DNA of 64,000 bases from Octopus vulgaris (Eukaryota): NCBI GenBank assembly GCA_951406725.2, contig OX597815.1, forward strand, positions 79,732,001-79,796,000. The letters run 5' to 3'. Under the pieces are notes generated by a model. The model made no database searches. It was not told where the DNA came from and saw only the letters and a program-made list of their open reading frames with translations. A program made the position numbers and the translations under genes. This document shows, piece after piece, positions 13,545 through 27,544 of the stretch (position 1 is the first letter of the stretch; every line of letters starts with the position of its first letter).

Positions 13545-14740
13545 TGGCAGTGAAATTTGGGTCAGTGTATTGGTGAAATGATATTGATGTGGGGACAGAC
13601 GAATGTATCTGGCTGCATGCGAAAGGGAAGTTTAGGGAGTTTCTAGAAGGTTGTGAGGATTTTTCTTATTCCTTTTGAAGGAGAGGGGAAGTGGTACAAG
13701 AAAGATCGAGAGGCAGAGTATAGAAGCTGGCAGTTGCAGAGGTGTGTGCGTTTCAATAAGAGTGTGGCTAAGTGGAAGATGGCGGAGAGAGGGGATCGAG
13801 TCTGTTGGTTTGTAAGTACGGAGTTTAAGAGTTTAGAGTTTTAGAGAGTTTTGGTGTTTTAGACTGGCAAGGATCCAATGGCGTGTTATATGCAACTGAC
13901 TGATATGATCTGGAGTTGAAATTCGAATCTATGCAGCGTAAATGATGAAATCACAAAACTTATGAATATAGGATAACGAATTTTGTCATTCTGGGTTGAG
14001 AGGAGAAATATTGGAGACAGGAACAGAAGTCAAAGGGATTACAATGAAGGAAGAAGAGTGTGGAGATTGGAAATAGGGACAGAACCACCTGGGAAGTTGG
14101 CGGAGGTGTGAGACATGGTAAAAGTGAATTCTAGAGCAGGGTAAAGCAAATTAACCTAAGAGATGAAGGCGCTGTCTAGAGAATGTTGTAGGTATGATAC
14201 AGTCGTTACTATAGCGATACTACAACTCTTGTGTGAATCTACTGAGCTGCTAAAAGATCGGCACTTTAATGTGTTCTACAAAGAAATTTGGGTGGTTTGC
14301 GCTCATCCAACATGTTTCTAGCCTCACCATCCACTAAACAAGAGAGACGTAATTGAGAGTACCGACTAATTCTCTAGGCGAATGACTTGTTGGGTAGCGA
14401 TTGGGATCAGCGATTTAAGATGATGTGGAGGATTGCTGAATAGATTGATTTAACATACATGGTCAATAGAAATTTGGATCGAACTGGAGGGAACAGAACG
14501 ATTTGGAAAGGTTTAGGCGTATTTAGAAACTTGGGCTGATAGCGATACACCAAAGTACTTACTCCATGCAGAGGCCGGTGGAAAGAGAGGTTGGTTAGGA
14601 TAGTCGGGTTTATGGGTTTAGTGAAAGAAGTAAATAGTGGGAGTGCACTGCGTAATTAACATGAGGTTGATAGCAGAGGGAGGTGGAAGTGAGTTAGAAG
14701 AGATGAGTTCGTGTTTGGCTCTGGCTGGTAAACTACTTAC
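13545..14740 (-). mobile_element. Highly decayed LINE relic (probably APE/RT linker region)
   Basis: GA-rich non-repetitive block with fragmentary LINE-like peptide traces; no intact motif. Confidence 0.35.
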
Positions 14741-14855
14741 AATTTCTATCCGACACTTCCGTTAGATTCATAGATATCGTAATATATACTCAGCTACCAC
14801 GAACACGTACTTGTCCCGGATGTAAAAAGATATATGTATATACAATACATATATC

Positions 14856-14945
<90 letters not shown>

Positions 14946-14972
14946 TGTATGTATGTGCGTGTGTGTGTGTGA

Positions 14973-15018
<46 letters not shown>

Positions 15019-15096
15019 TTTGTCCTGGGTTGTTTTTAAATCAGCAACATAATATTATATCAATATATATTGCTCTAAGCCTATTCGCATGCGTCT

Positions 15097-15180
<84 letters not shown>

Positions 15181-16599
15181 GAATACGTCACTCACAAGCA
15201 GCAAGTTAATATATCCAGTTTCTATGTTAATTTATTTCATGGAACAATGCTAGTCTATTTTTCGAGGAAATTGATGGTTCTCTTCATTGCTAAAATTCGA
15301 CAATGAAGTTTGTGATTTTGTCATTGGAAGAAGAATTGGGCAGGTCAGGGCTGTCCCTTCGTCTGAAATTGAAAAATTTTCTTTCCTCAGACGAAGGCAT
15401 GTCAGATTAGTTTTCTCTTTCCTGTTTACAATCTTAACCTCACGATATTCGTACTGTACTATTTGTACCTATTTTGTATTTATTTCTTATCAAGTATAGT
15501 ACGGCTGAAGTAGTTTACACTATACTTATTACACAGCCTTCTGCAGAGGGTTTTTTTTTCCTCTTCTCGTACTGTGACAAACACAATTACATCCATGACA
15601 GTCATACGCCCTTTACTATATCTTTACAAAGCGTAAATCTCCACAAATGTATATTAATAACACACAATACGTGTATTATTAATATATTTTCAATGAAGTA
15701 TACTTTGAATCGAAGCAAAAGTTATGTGTCTGACACGTCTTATCTCACAGTGCAATCATTAGACCGTAATTGACTTGTCTCCACGCTGTGTGTTCTCAAC
15801 AACAATTGCACGGGCTTTTGTTTGTTTGAAATTAGAGATGTTATGCACACACCTTTCATATTTTGTGTTGTACCAACCAGATTTCGTACAAAATTCAAAT
15901 CGTAAATCTTCCACTTCACTGAATTCTTCTCAACGCTTCCTGTCAACATGTTACACTTAATAATTCAAATGCATCGTTAACTATCCAAGCTTCAATAGTG
16001 ATAGGATAACCCAAGTTATAGGTTATTGGTCTACAAGTTCAAAGGAATGAAGTTAAAGCTCACTGCATGCATTTCTTGGTGTTTTATTTATTCATTTTCT
16101 TTGACTATCATTGAACCCTAACACCACATTCTACATTACTTCTCTTTACATAACTGTCAAGAATGTGATCCTGATCATTTGGAAATGTTATCCACGACAG
16201 ACCACGGTCCTACCCAGTATATCTCAATACTATAGAACTACAACTAAAGGCATATATGAGTTTAGATAACATTTACATTTTATTTTAATAAATAAGTATT
16301 TACTCTGTATAATAATGTATATAAGAATCCTTATCACAAAGTGATACTTGTCGGCAACTTGTTATCGATTTGACAACCTGATCGTCTGTCTTCCTTTTCC
16401 TTACAGTATTATTTACAACCATCAAGCACAGTCACTTCCTCTCCGAAGACAAATACTTTCGAAATAGCTAGAACCTCCTTTTCCCAGGTTACCCAAAATT
16501 CTAAAAATGAAGAACTTTTTTTTTTTTTGGTATCGCAAACGAAAACAAGTTTATTCGGACCCACATATGTATATATATAATTATACACACATGCATATA

Positions 16600-16775
16600 C
16601 TCTTTACTCTCTCTTTTACTCTTTTACTTGTTTCAGTCATTTGACTGCGGCCATGCTGGAGCACCGCCTTTAGTCGAGCAAATCGACCCCAGGACTTATT
16701 CTTTGTAAGACTAGTACTTATTCTATCGGGCACTTTTGCCGAACCGCTAAGTTACGGAGACGTAAACACACCACC
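16600..16775 (-). mobile_element. SINE family B, 5'-truncated
   Basis: ttttacttgtttcagtcatttgactgcggccatgctggagcaccgcc.. Confidence 0.85.
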
Positions 16776-17256
16776 AATAAAACAAATGCTTTAAATGCTT
16801 ATAAAGCATAATTCTAACACACATACACATACACGCAAAGTCATAAATATTAAAAATTCTATATCTACAAAACGCACGTTGATTACATAATTCTGTAGAG
16901 AGTTATACGGAGATAATAAGCTAAACTAATAAATTACTTTATTCTTTTATTTTTAACCATCATTAGATAGTGACAATGTTGAAGCGCCACCTTGTTACGC
17001 TTAATGCTTGTGACAGCCCATCAAAGACGTTCATCCTCCTCCACCTCTTGCACATTATTTCTTAAGGGGGCGGACACGGCTGACAAGACCGATACGAGTT
17101 AGGCAGATCCTGTAGTAGAGAGGACACAGAAAGTGACCCCGAACACCAGCCACAGGGAGTTGATGACAACGTTTCCTCTCTTTAAGAAGTTTTCTACGTT
17201 CTGTTTCAAAGCGTTCTACTCCAGCATCACACTCAGATCTCCATGCCTTCGAATTT

Positions 17257-18306
17257 CGAGGTGCTATCAAAACTTTTGCAGACTAGTTATGTTTAATAAA
17301 ATGATAACTTATTTACCTAAGTTTTAACATCATCTCCTTCGAAATAGTCACATAGTATAGCAATACACCGGTTCCAGCGTTCCTGCCACTTTGGGAATCT
17401 GGCCTGGAAGTCGTTTTCCATAAGCGAATCGAAAGCCCGAAAAATGATAACTTATTTACCTAAGTTTTAACATCATCTCCTTCGAAATAGTCACATAGTA
17501 TAGCCATACACCGGTTCCAGCGCTCCTGCCACTTTGGGAATCTGGCCTGGAAGTCGTTTTCCATAAGCAAATCGAGGAACTTCAGCGATTTGCTCTGGAT
17601 GTCGACAACAATGTTAAAATGGCGATATTTTTAATGTATTTATTGCCCACAGGGAGCTAAACATAGAGGGGACAAACAAGGATAGCCAAAGGGATTAAAT
17701 CAATTACACCAACCCCAGTGCGTAACTGGTACTTATTTAATCGACCCCGAAAGGATGAAAGGCTAAGCCGACCTCGGCGGAATTTGAACTCAGAACACCG
17801 CCCTTTGAGCTGCATTTTCAACTTGGGGAAGAGACAGAAGTCCGCAGGTGCCAAATCTGGCGAATAGGGTGGATGCAGAAATGATACCATGTTGTTTTTG
17901 GTGAGAAATTCACAAGTGAGGAGAGCTCGCTGAAGAATCTTTGCGGATCACAGATCCGGTCGTTTCCACCAAATGTCCTCTCTCAAATACTTCAAAACGT
18001 CGCAATAGAACTCTCGATTGATGACCTGGTCCCGGAGGACGAAATCTCGATGGACAATGTTTTCCAGACGGGGACGTTCTTCCACTTTTTAAGCACCTGT
18101 GCCATTCAAAACATTGCGTATGACCCATTACTTTGTCGCCATAAGTTTGCCGAAGCGTGCTCAATATCTGTAGCAGATTTCCATGACAAAATCGCAGACT
18201 GCAGTATACATATAATCACTGCTAGCTTTCAGTGCGCACGTAACTCTGTGCTGCAATCTGTCGGTGCGATACAAAACTAGTCCGGGAACTTTTTGACACC
18301 ACCTCG
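17257..18306 (-). mobile_element. Defective mariner (DD34D-type)
   Basis: TIRs cgaggtg..tcaaaa..gactagtt at both ends and TA on the right; HPPYSPDLAPADFCLFPKLK and YGDKVMGHTQCFEWHR..GRTS peptides; 135-bp tandem duplication 17298-17432/17441-17575. Confidence 0.85.
17637..17796 (-). mobile_element. SINE family A (5'-truncated) inserted in mariner
   Basis: Interrupts the transposase after KLKMQLKGR. Confidence 0.85.
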
Positions 18307-18982
18307 TAACAGCCAGGGGCTCCAACCGATTAGCATGGACACCACTTAGAAGCGCCACTTTGAAGCGCCACTTTGAAGCGTCACCTTGTAATGAACAGCC
18401 AATTACTATGACTCCAGTACTAATTGTATCGGCTGATATATTTTTATTAGGGTAAACACTTATCTGCTGAGAGCGTTGCTGTAATCCGTCTCCGATTTCT
18501 CATCAGGTAGCGAAGCCAAGTCTCTAGGTGTTTAGGTCCCTTCCACCGCGACACCACAATTGCTTGGGGGTCACCCACTACGTAGGTGACTATTTTGTTA
18601 ACCTCGGAAAAGTGAAAGGTAATGTAGAGGTGGGTGAGATTTGAACAGAAGGGACATAACGAAATATCGCAATGTAACTTATCTAATGCACAACTGATTC
18701 TGCTTTCCACCCGCCACAAATAAATAGACTGGTAAATAAGCATAAAATGTTTTTAAATCGATAAATGGATATTGAAAGGCGTACTCAGATCAGTATAGAG
18801 ATAGAAATAAAGAGAAAGATTGGCAGAGAGATACGTACATTGATAAACATAAAAAAGGGGGTTATGTATTTAGAGCGAGTGAAGTAGATATACAACTAAC
18901 CAGTTGCGATTTATTCCATATTGCTTACATTCTATTATTAATTAGTGTTAATTAATAAAAATTGTTGGGTTGTCTCCTCTAC

Positions 18983-19188
18983 TTTTATCTTTCACGTGTT
19001 TCAGTCACTGAACTGCAACCATGCTAGTTCACTAATTGATGAGTTTTTCAGTCGAACGAATCGACCTCAGTACTTATTTGATACCTATTCTCTCGAGCTT
19101 TTTTGCCGAGCTGCTAAGTTAAACAGACGTAAACAAAACAACACTGGTTGTGAAGAGGTACACACAGACACACACACGCACAGACACA

Positions 19189-19243
<55 letters not shown>

Positions 19244-19412
19244 CAGGCTTCTTTCAGTTTTTCTCTATCAAATCCTACTAAATTCATTCATAAAGCTTTG
19301 GTCGGTCCTGTGTCATAATAGAAAACATATACCAAGGGGCTACGCAGTGGGATTGAATCTGGAACAATGTGATTGTGAAGCAATCTCTTTACCACACAAC
19401 CATACCTGCGCC
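18983..19412 (-). mobile_element. SINE family B with ~37-bp diverged TSD
   Basis: 18946-18982 versus 19414-19450. Confidence 0.75.
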
Positions 19413-20235
19413 ATGCTAATTATTAAAAATTGTCGAGTAGTCTCCCTTACCTGTATTGACCAGAATTACTGAATAAGTTAATGATTATTTCTCCTTACCA
19501 TGTGTGTGCTTTAATTAATTGAAATTTTTTGACTCACTACACTATTGGCAGTATGTACCAGTTAGTTAAATAGCTGGATAATCAGACAATAAATAGCTAA
19601 TTAGCAAGTTAAATATACATTTAGGTAGTGAAATGTAATGATACTTACAGTGAAATATTGTAAGATAGGCAACTATACAGACGAATGCATAAACAAACAA
19701 AAATACAAGCCATTAGATGTATAAATATAAGATGATAACCAATGAAGTAAATGAAGGAGACAAAAATAAGCGCAAATCATATTGCATTCTTTATTATTCT
19801 TAGTCCCGGGAAGTCGGCCATGCTGGGACACAACTAGCGTTTTTATTTTTCTGGCTGAAGTCGACCATAACGGCACCGGTACCAATTTCAGTTTGATAAT
19901 GATAAATTAAAAAAAGAAGAAAAAAGATGTATTGAATAAATGACTCTTTTTGGCATAATTAAAGCACACAGATGGTAAGGAGAAATAATCATTAACTTAT
20001 TCAGTAATTCTGGTCAATACAGGTAAGGGAGACTACTCGACAATTTTTAATAATTAACATGGCGCAGGTATGGTTGTGTGGTAAGGAGATTGCTTCACAA
20101 TCACATTGTTCCAGATTCAATCCCACTGCGTAGCACCTTGGGTATATATTTTCTATTATGACACAGGACCGACCAAAGCTTTATGAATGAATTTAGTAGG
20201 ATTTGATAGAGAGAAAAACTGAAAGAAGCCTGTCG
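19241..20235. repeat. ~280-bp inverted duplication (19241-19517 / 19956-20235)
   Basis: Arms contain the SINE head plus ~100 bp of unique flank and share private mutations. Confidence 0.9.
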
Positions 20236-21186
20236 TGTATGTGTGTGTGTGTGTCTGTGTGTTTTAACAGTTGGCATTGTATCACACACACACAGACACA
20301 CGCACACACACGCGTATACACACACACACACATGTACACGCGCGTACTCGAACGTATTGTTTGTTTTATGTGATGTTATTAAAATAATTTGATATTAAAC
20401 TGAAAGACTACTAAATAAATTTTACCAGGGTACTTATGGAATATTAATGGTTATCGTCTCTGCATGTCGAAATCTTTTAAAAAAAATTTAATGTATCATA
20501 ATTTTAATGTATATTTTTGACGCTGAATCCGAATTTGCTATTCAATTATTTCAGAAAAATTTTGCGAAATGTTACAGGTGTTCAGAGTTTGAAAATTTTC
20601 AGAATTTTCAGCCAACCATAAAGCAGCGCGTTCGCTGCCTCTTCTATCATCTTCCACAGTAGGGAGGGGGCACCGGCATGTCAAAACATTAAGCTAGCTA
20701 CAGTAAACAGGGAAAAACATTAAAAGATTCGCGAGGAAATGAAATATTTAAAAGCTACAAGCAACCCAACAGGAGTTGCTGGAAATAACAGTCAAAACTT
20801 TAAAATATACACGAGCAAAGTAAACAGTGAAAAACATTGAAACAATCACCGAGGTACTGGTAAATAATAAATTGATTTATTTCGTAAGTAATTCTCAAAT
20901 TGATAATGTGTAACATATAAGTGTGTGTGTGTATGATATAAATATATATATGTATGTATAGCGAGAAGTTGAGGTTATAAGAGATAATGGTGTCATTGAG
21001 ACCCAAAGGTGTCAGGTAATGGTGAATAGGTGCTATAGACAGACCATAGTTAAGTTCCAGATTCGGTAATATTGCGAATAAGGGGTTCAACGTTGGTTCT
21101 AGGTCAGCGTGTGTATATAAGAATTTTTTGCGTAATAAAATAAAAAAACCAAGGGTGTATAGATATTAGACCATTTATAGATAGAA

Positions 21187-21240
21187 CGTCTTACAGCTGT
21201 TTCTAGGATATTTATTAACGATATCCCTACATCGGAGACG
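21187..21240 (-). ncRNA. Minimal type I hammerhead motif, variant core
   Basis: CGTCT-CCGATGT-A-GGGATAT..ATATCCT-A-GAAA-CAGCTG-TA-AGACG. Confidence 0.7.
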
Positions 21241-21290
21241 GTGTGAGAGGGAAGTTAAGTCATAGTTATATATATATATATATATATATA

Positions 21291-21495
21291 TACCAGTCGC
21301 CATGATAGATCGTTAGCCACTACGCACATTTTTCTCTCTCCTTTTTTTCTCTCCTTGTTTTTTCTGTGTCCCTTTCTGTAGAAGAGCGTAGGCTCTAAAC
21401 GTAAAAGACTTTTTCTATTCCTGAGCGTTATACTAATACATCTGTTTGTTTTGTACACCACCTGTCTTCGCCTTTTGCTTTTTTCGTAAACTCTT

Positions 21496-21498
<3 letters not shown>
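21291..21498 (+). mobile_element. ~200-bp hammerhead-bearing insert in (TA)n (copy 1)
   Basis: Close match to 49955-50148; TA tracts on both sides. Confidence 0.8.
21372..21407 (+). ncRNA. Minimal hammerhead-like motif (CTGTAGA core, GAAA mutated to TAAA)
   Basis: CTTT-CTGTAGA-A-GAGC GTAG GCTC-TAAA-CG-TA-AAAG. Confidence 0.55.
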
Positions 21499-21544
<46 letters not shown>

Positions 21545-21547
<3 letters not shown>

Positions 21548-21836
21548 ATTAGGGAGTATGGCTTCAAACTTACAGGGAAAATTAGATTTAGTATTAAATC
21601 AAATTTCACAGTATAAAAATATAAAATATGAATTAGAGATAAAACCACTATTAGGCAACTCAAACAGTAATAGACATAAACCAATACATAAATAACAAAT
21701 AATATAAATATAATTAATATAATATATAATATATACATAATTTTAATATATTTTTTTCAAAAAAGTATAAAAAGAATGATAATTATAATATAAGTAATAA
21801 GTATGATATAATAAGTATTGGTTTTATCTCTAATTC

Positions 21837-21847
<11 letters not shown>
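21545..21847. mobile_element. Insert in (TA)n with 29-bp inverted terminal segment
   Basis: 21619-21647 is inverted at 21819-21847. Confidence 0.55.
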
Positions 21848-21912
<65 letters not shown>

Positions 21913-22014
21913 CGTGTGTGTTTGTGTGTGTGTGTGTGTAGCTAAATAGGTGAATATAGGAATGAAGACATGAAGATAGAAAGGTCGTTTATGGATAGAT
22001 AGACTGATAGATAA

Positions 22015-22066
<52 letters not shown>

Positions 22067-22113
22067 GTAGATAGATAGTTGTTGTTCGTGTAAATGAGAG
22101 AGAGAGAGAGAGA

Positions 22114-22169
<56 letters not shown>

Positions 22170-22279
22170 ATACATAATAACAGTGATTGGCATGGGAAAG
22201 AGAAAGAACGGTTGCCATAAATAAATAAAATCTGAGAAAAGGGTAATGGTGTGCGTGTGCTTGTGTGTGCGTGTGTGTT

Positions 22280-22316
<37 letters not shown>

Positions 22317-23877
22317 ATGCTAGATAGAAGGAAAAAATGAGGTGGGTGAGAGAGAAACAGACAGACCGACAGACAGTGACTAGACAACGTCACGCTTATA
22401 TGACAACGGAGGCAGACACGACAAGAAGAACATTCCTACATAAATTAATACTAAAGGAAAGTATAAATACGTATATATCTCACACTCACACACACACACA
22501 CACACACACACACCGACTCGTAGATACATACACTCATACACATACACACACACACACACACAGAGGAAGACTCACATATACGCTCTCACACACACATAAA
22601 GACATTAAAAAACATACACATATACGTAGAAACATATATACACACTGATGTAACAAATATACATAAACACACACATGCCAATACAATAAGGTAAAATAAA
22701 AAGACCACAATAGTAACACACACACACATTCACACACGAGCACACATACACACACACACACGCACACACATACAAAAGCGGAAAAGAAATAAATAAAAAA
22801 ATATAGAAAAAAATAGAAAACAAAAATAGAAAATGCACTCAGTGACCTCCTTGCTGAGATCTACAAATCACATGAAACATGGCCGTGTATACACACAGTA
22901 TATGAATACATATAAATTTATAAATATGTGTGTGTGTATGTAATGTAATGTAAAGGAAGGTAACTATGTGAGTGTGTACGTTTATAAATATAGATACGTA
23001 TATGTATGATTACACATATATACTTTAAACACACACATACACACGCGTACACACAAATACACACTCACACACACAGACACACATGCACACACAAGCACAT
23101 ACACACACATACGCGCGCGCATAGAGATCGTAAAAGAACGTAACTAGCGAAGCGACGATGGAGCAATTCTGCCATTCTATAACATGTAAAAAAGTCTGTT
23201 AACAGCATGAGACGAACAAGACAACCTCTAGTATTAAGATTCAACTTCCTAGCGTCATCTTGGAAGCTCACGTACGAGGCTTTACTTTTGGGGAGTCAAT
23301 ACATATCAGATTTTCAACGATGTAAGTTCATCAGGAACGGTGTTACTAGTACACACATATATACACTTTCTCAACTGCATTCAGAAATAAGCCATTCGAC
23401 TAATTAGCATGATTTTACTCAGAAGCATTCTCTAGCCTATCTATGGCCCAGAGACGTGGTGTCTCCTCTCTGTGACACTGTTGGCTGGTCTCGTAACACT
23501 TCAATTCAGGCCCTTTCAACTCATTCTGCTCTCTTTCTCTTGTCACCTACGTTGTGTCCAACATCGCAGACCCTTCTTTCTAACATTAATCACTACGACC
23601 AGTTTTTCCTCTCCAGGTCACTGACCTCTGGAATTCTCACCCTGTAAGTGATTTCTCTGTAGTTGTTTGTGTATTGAGCTTTAATTGTTGGGAAGATAAA
23701 AAACATTTTAAGATTTTCAAGCGCACAAATTCGCTACAATTAAGTACTGATACCCACACAGGCATTCTCAACCATATCCAGACCTCCATTTGACTAATTG
23801 GCATAAAGTTACTCCTAGACATGCTCGTTTGCAGCACTTTACGCAGAATGTTAACGGCATCAGTATATATGCTCGCT

Positions 23878-24415
23878 TAAGGCGGCGAGCTGGCAGAAAC
23901 GTTAGCACACTGGGCGAAATGCGTAGCCGTATTTTGTCTGCCATTACGTTCTGAGTTCAAATTCTGCCGAGGTCGACTTTGCCTTTCATCCTTTCGGGAT
24001 CGATAAATTAAGTACCAGTTACGCACTGGGGTCGATGTAATCGACTTAATCCGTTTGTCTGTCCTTGTTTGTCCTCTCTGTGTTTAGCCCTTTGTGGGTA
24101 GTAAAGAAATAGGTATTTCGTCTGCGGTTACGCTTTGAATTCAAATTCCGCCGAGGTCGACTTTGCCTTTCATCCTTTCGGGGTCGATAAATTAAGTACC
24201 AGTTACGCACTGGGATCGATGTAATCGACTTAATCGTTTGTCTGTCCTTGTTGTCCTCTCTGTGTTTAGCCTGTGGGGTAAAGAATAGGTATTTCGTCTG
24301 CCGTTCGTTTTGAAATCGCGAGGTCGACTTACCTTTCATCCTTTCGGACTTAATCCGTCTGTCTGTCCTTGTTTGTCCTCTCTATGTTTAGCCCCTTGTG
24401 GACATTAAAAAAATA
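23878..24415 (+). mobile_element. SINE family A trimer
   Basis: One full unit plus two headless units restarting at gtatttcgtct; TSD agtatatatg(c/g)tcgctt around the whole. Confidence 0.85.
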
Positions 24416-24655
24416 AGTATATATGGTCGCTTTTCCTCAAAGTTTAGTGAAAACAAATAGTAGATTTACTTTGTTTTTAGGAAGTTACCTCAGTTGTCTT
24501 ATATTGGCTAAAGGCTAGTCATACGATTAATAGACATTTAGCCTTGCGGATTCAAAAGTACCCACAGTTGCACCACAGGTATAGAAACGAAGTTAACAAC
24601 AAATCGACTAGTTTCGTTTATGTTCTTATAATTGTTTCTAATATAGACAGAAAAT

Positions 24656-24870
24656 AAGGCGGCGAGGTGGTAGAATCTTTAGCACGCCTGGCAAAATGCT
24701 TAGCGACATTTCGTCTGTTTTCATGATCTGAGTTCAAATTCCGCCGAAGTCAACTTTGCCTTTCATCCTTTCGGAGTCGATAAAATAAGTATCAGTTGTT
24801 TACTGGGGTCAATGTAATCGACTTATATCCTTCCCCAAAATTGCTGGCATTGTGCCAAAATTTGAAACTA
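24656..24870 (+). mobile_element. SINE family A variant
   Basis: Head and core match; alternative tail. Confidence 0.8.
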
Positions 24871-25240
24871 GTATAGACAGAAAGTTTGAGATTTGAATGA
24901 AAGGATTAGTTAATTTAATTGACCACCGTTCTTGACACGTATATTATTTTATCATTCTCGACGGTGTTTGAACTGGGAGTGGAAAGAGCCGAAAGAAGAA
25001 ACATAAGAACTTTATCCGACGCTTTAACTATACACCAAATCCACCACTCTGTTTTCATATAATAAACAGCAGGCAGTGCCTTTGCTCATTCTATATTTGT
25101 TGACGTCATATATATATTTACTAAATTAATGACACAACGAAACCACTGGCACTGTTCTTAACTAGGTTCTGCAGAGAAAACCCTTTGGGATTCATGTGCA
25201 CAGTGAGGTTGACTACATGTTTAATAAAATATATGGTAGT

Positions 25241-25640
25241 AAGGTGGCGAGCTGGCAGAAACGTTAGCACGCTGGGCGAAATGCGTAGCCGTATTTCGTC
25301 TTTTTTTATGTTCTGAGTTCAAATTCCGCCAAGGTCGACTTTGCCTTTCATCCTTTCGGGGTTGATAAATTAAGTACCAGTTACGCAATGGGGCCGATAT
25401 GATCGACTTCATCCGTTTGTCTGTCCTTGTTTGTCCCCTCTGTGTTTAGCCCCTTGTGAGTAGTAAAGAAATAGGTATTTCGTCTTTATGTTCTGAGTTC
25501 AAATTCCACCGAGATCGATTTTGCTTTTCATCATTTAGGGGTCGATAAATTAAGCACCAGTTGCATACTGGGATCGATCTAATCGACTGGCACCCTCCCA
25601 CTAAAATTTCGGGCCCTGTGCCTAGAGTAGAAAAGAATAT
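25241..25640 (+). mobile_element. SINE family A dimer
   Basis: TSD aatatatggtagta on both sides; the second unit carries a different tail. Confidence 0.85.
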
Positions 25641-26857
25641 AATATATGGTAGTAAATATATCTACACACACATATGAAATTGAAATTACAAGCCATTGCT
25701 GGAACTGTGAAAATATTTAAGACTTTGTTGAAAATTAGTTTCCACTATGTGCATTAACGCAATATAGACATATACCTGTGTATATGTATGTACATACGTA
25801 AAAATTAATATATATGTATACATAATCAATCACTCATGAAATATTTATGCAAGCACATTTACCCACAGATATACTTGCACAGATATATAGACGTATATAT
25901 ACATGATTACTCTAGTTGATGTCTAAATTATTATAATACAGACCGGTTTCTTATTTTTTCCCCCTCGATGGGCAAGAAATTTAAAAAGAAAACGAGAAAA
26001 GTAATATACATACAGATCCCTGTATGTATTAGTGCTGGCATATAACTATCAACTCGCTATGATGACTCTCTTTGACAATGCAAATTATGCCGTCAGCGAA
26101 GGAATGTTGTTGACAAAGCAGCAAACATGTTAACAACTAGCTGTATTAAATGACCAATAGTTTTATGAGCGGAGCAACGGAAATCTGTTGAGATTTCTGT
26201 CTTAATGATAAATAAACTCTAAATGGAATACAAGGTTCATTGATGATGTCACATCCGGCTGTTATGATATTTATTTTTCTCACGAGTTTATATGTGTATA
26301 TATTATGGGTGGTAGTGTTGCTGCCGATAATATAACCTGGAAATATTAAGTTTACATATAATAGCTTATTTATTCACTTACGTATTTACCATTCATTCTT
26401 CATATACCTATCAAAAGGCAGTTGTAAGTAGCTTTCTTGGATGAAGTAATTGAAACATAGCGAATGTCGATGCCTGCATCGGTGAGATATGCGGACTTAG
26501 CCTTCTAGAGCCAAGTACCATGATCAAAGAAAGGTCAAACGGAGACAAAATATCTTCACAAATACACACACTCGTACGTACACACACACTCGTACGTACA
26601 CACACACTCGTACGTACACACATACACACACACACGTACACACACGCGCGCGCACACACATACACAAACATACATACCTGTTAATAAGTATTTCACTCTC
26701 CATCTACCGTTCTTTCAATACTTGTTGACTTACGTAACACAATGTACGAGCACACACAGTTATATAAGGTACAATTACACCTGCGGTTACTTCTGACATA
26801 AATTATACTTACACGCATTACACATGTATATTGTATGCGAGTGTATGTAGGTATATG

Positions 26858-26906
<49 letters not shown>

Positions 26907-26951
26907 ATATATATATGTATATGTGTGTGTATATATTTGTATATATATATT

Positions 26952-26985
<34 letters not shown>

Positions 26986-27032
26986 TATACATATATATAC
27001 ATATATGTATATATACACACATATATATATAC

Positions 27033-27084
<52 letters not shown>

Positions 27085-27544
27085 ACGCAACCACTTACAT
27101 CACACCTACGCAGACACCTACATATTACAGTCCTGGTTTTAAAGATATTTTACATTAAATATTGTACCTTTGTAAACAACACTAATATCAGATCTAAAAG
27201 TCACCTGGAACTATGTTTCGATCTCTGCCGATGGGATTATATCACTGACAAACACACTGAATTTGATTGGCCGTAATTTTCAATTGAACTTTTAATCCTC
27301 ACTATTTTCGTCCCAGGTAAATCACAGGTAAATTTGCCGGCTGCTTGTGTGGTGGACTAAGTAGCTGAGAAATTTCCAGTGACTCCGATACGGGTTTCGG
27401 ATCTAGTTAAATGTATAGTAAATAACAGATAAACATTTGCAGATAACATCACAGAACACAATTACTGCCATTATGTTTTAAGTACCGGCAATTCCAAGAA
27501 ACTTGTGCTACAACATTGTTAAACTGTCTTTTATCTATTTTTCA

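Larger units (their letters stand above)
16999..18346 (-). mobile_element. 5'-truncated RTE-clade LINE split by a mariner
   Basis: C-terminal peptide WRSECDAGVERFE..CPLYYRICLTRIGLVSRVR (RTE-type Zn-finger tail); flanking gaagcg(c/t)caccttgt duplication. Confidence 0.75.

Noticed and set aside
16438-16478. CCGAAGA..GAAA-TAGCTA motif
   Set aside because: Stems I and II are too weak to distinguish from chance.
20990-21030. LTPLGLN peptide resembling the end of a Penelope GIY-YIG endonuclease
   Set aside because: Only 7 aa, no upstream GIY-YIG motifs, and it lies on the unexpected side of the neighbouring hammerhead.
23878-23975. tRNA-like heads with A and B boxes
   Set aside because: They are SINE heads; no complete cloverleaf, so no tRNA genes were called.
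26566-26622. 18-bp unit x3 (also short duplications at about 38920-39010 and 57711-57780)
   Set aside because: Simple slippage duplications with no spacers; not CRISPR-like.
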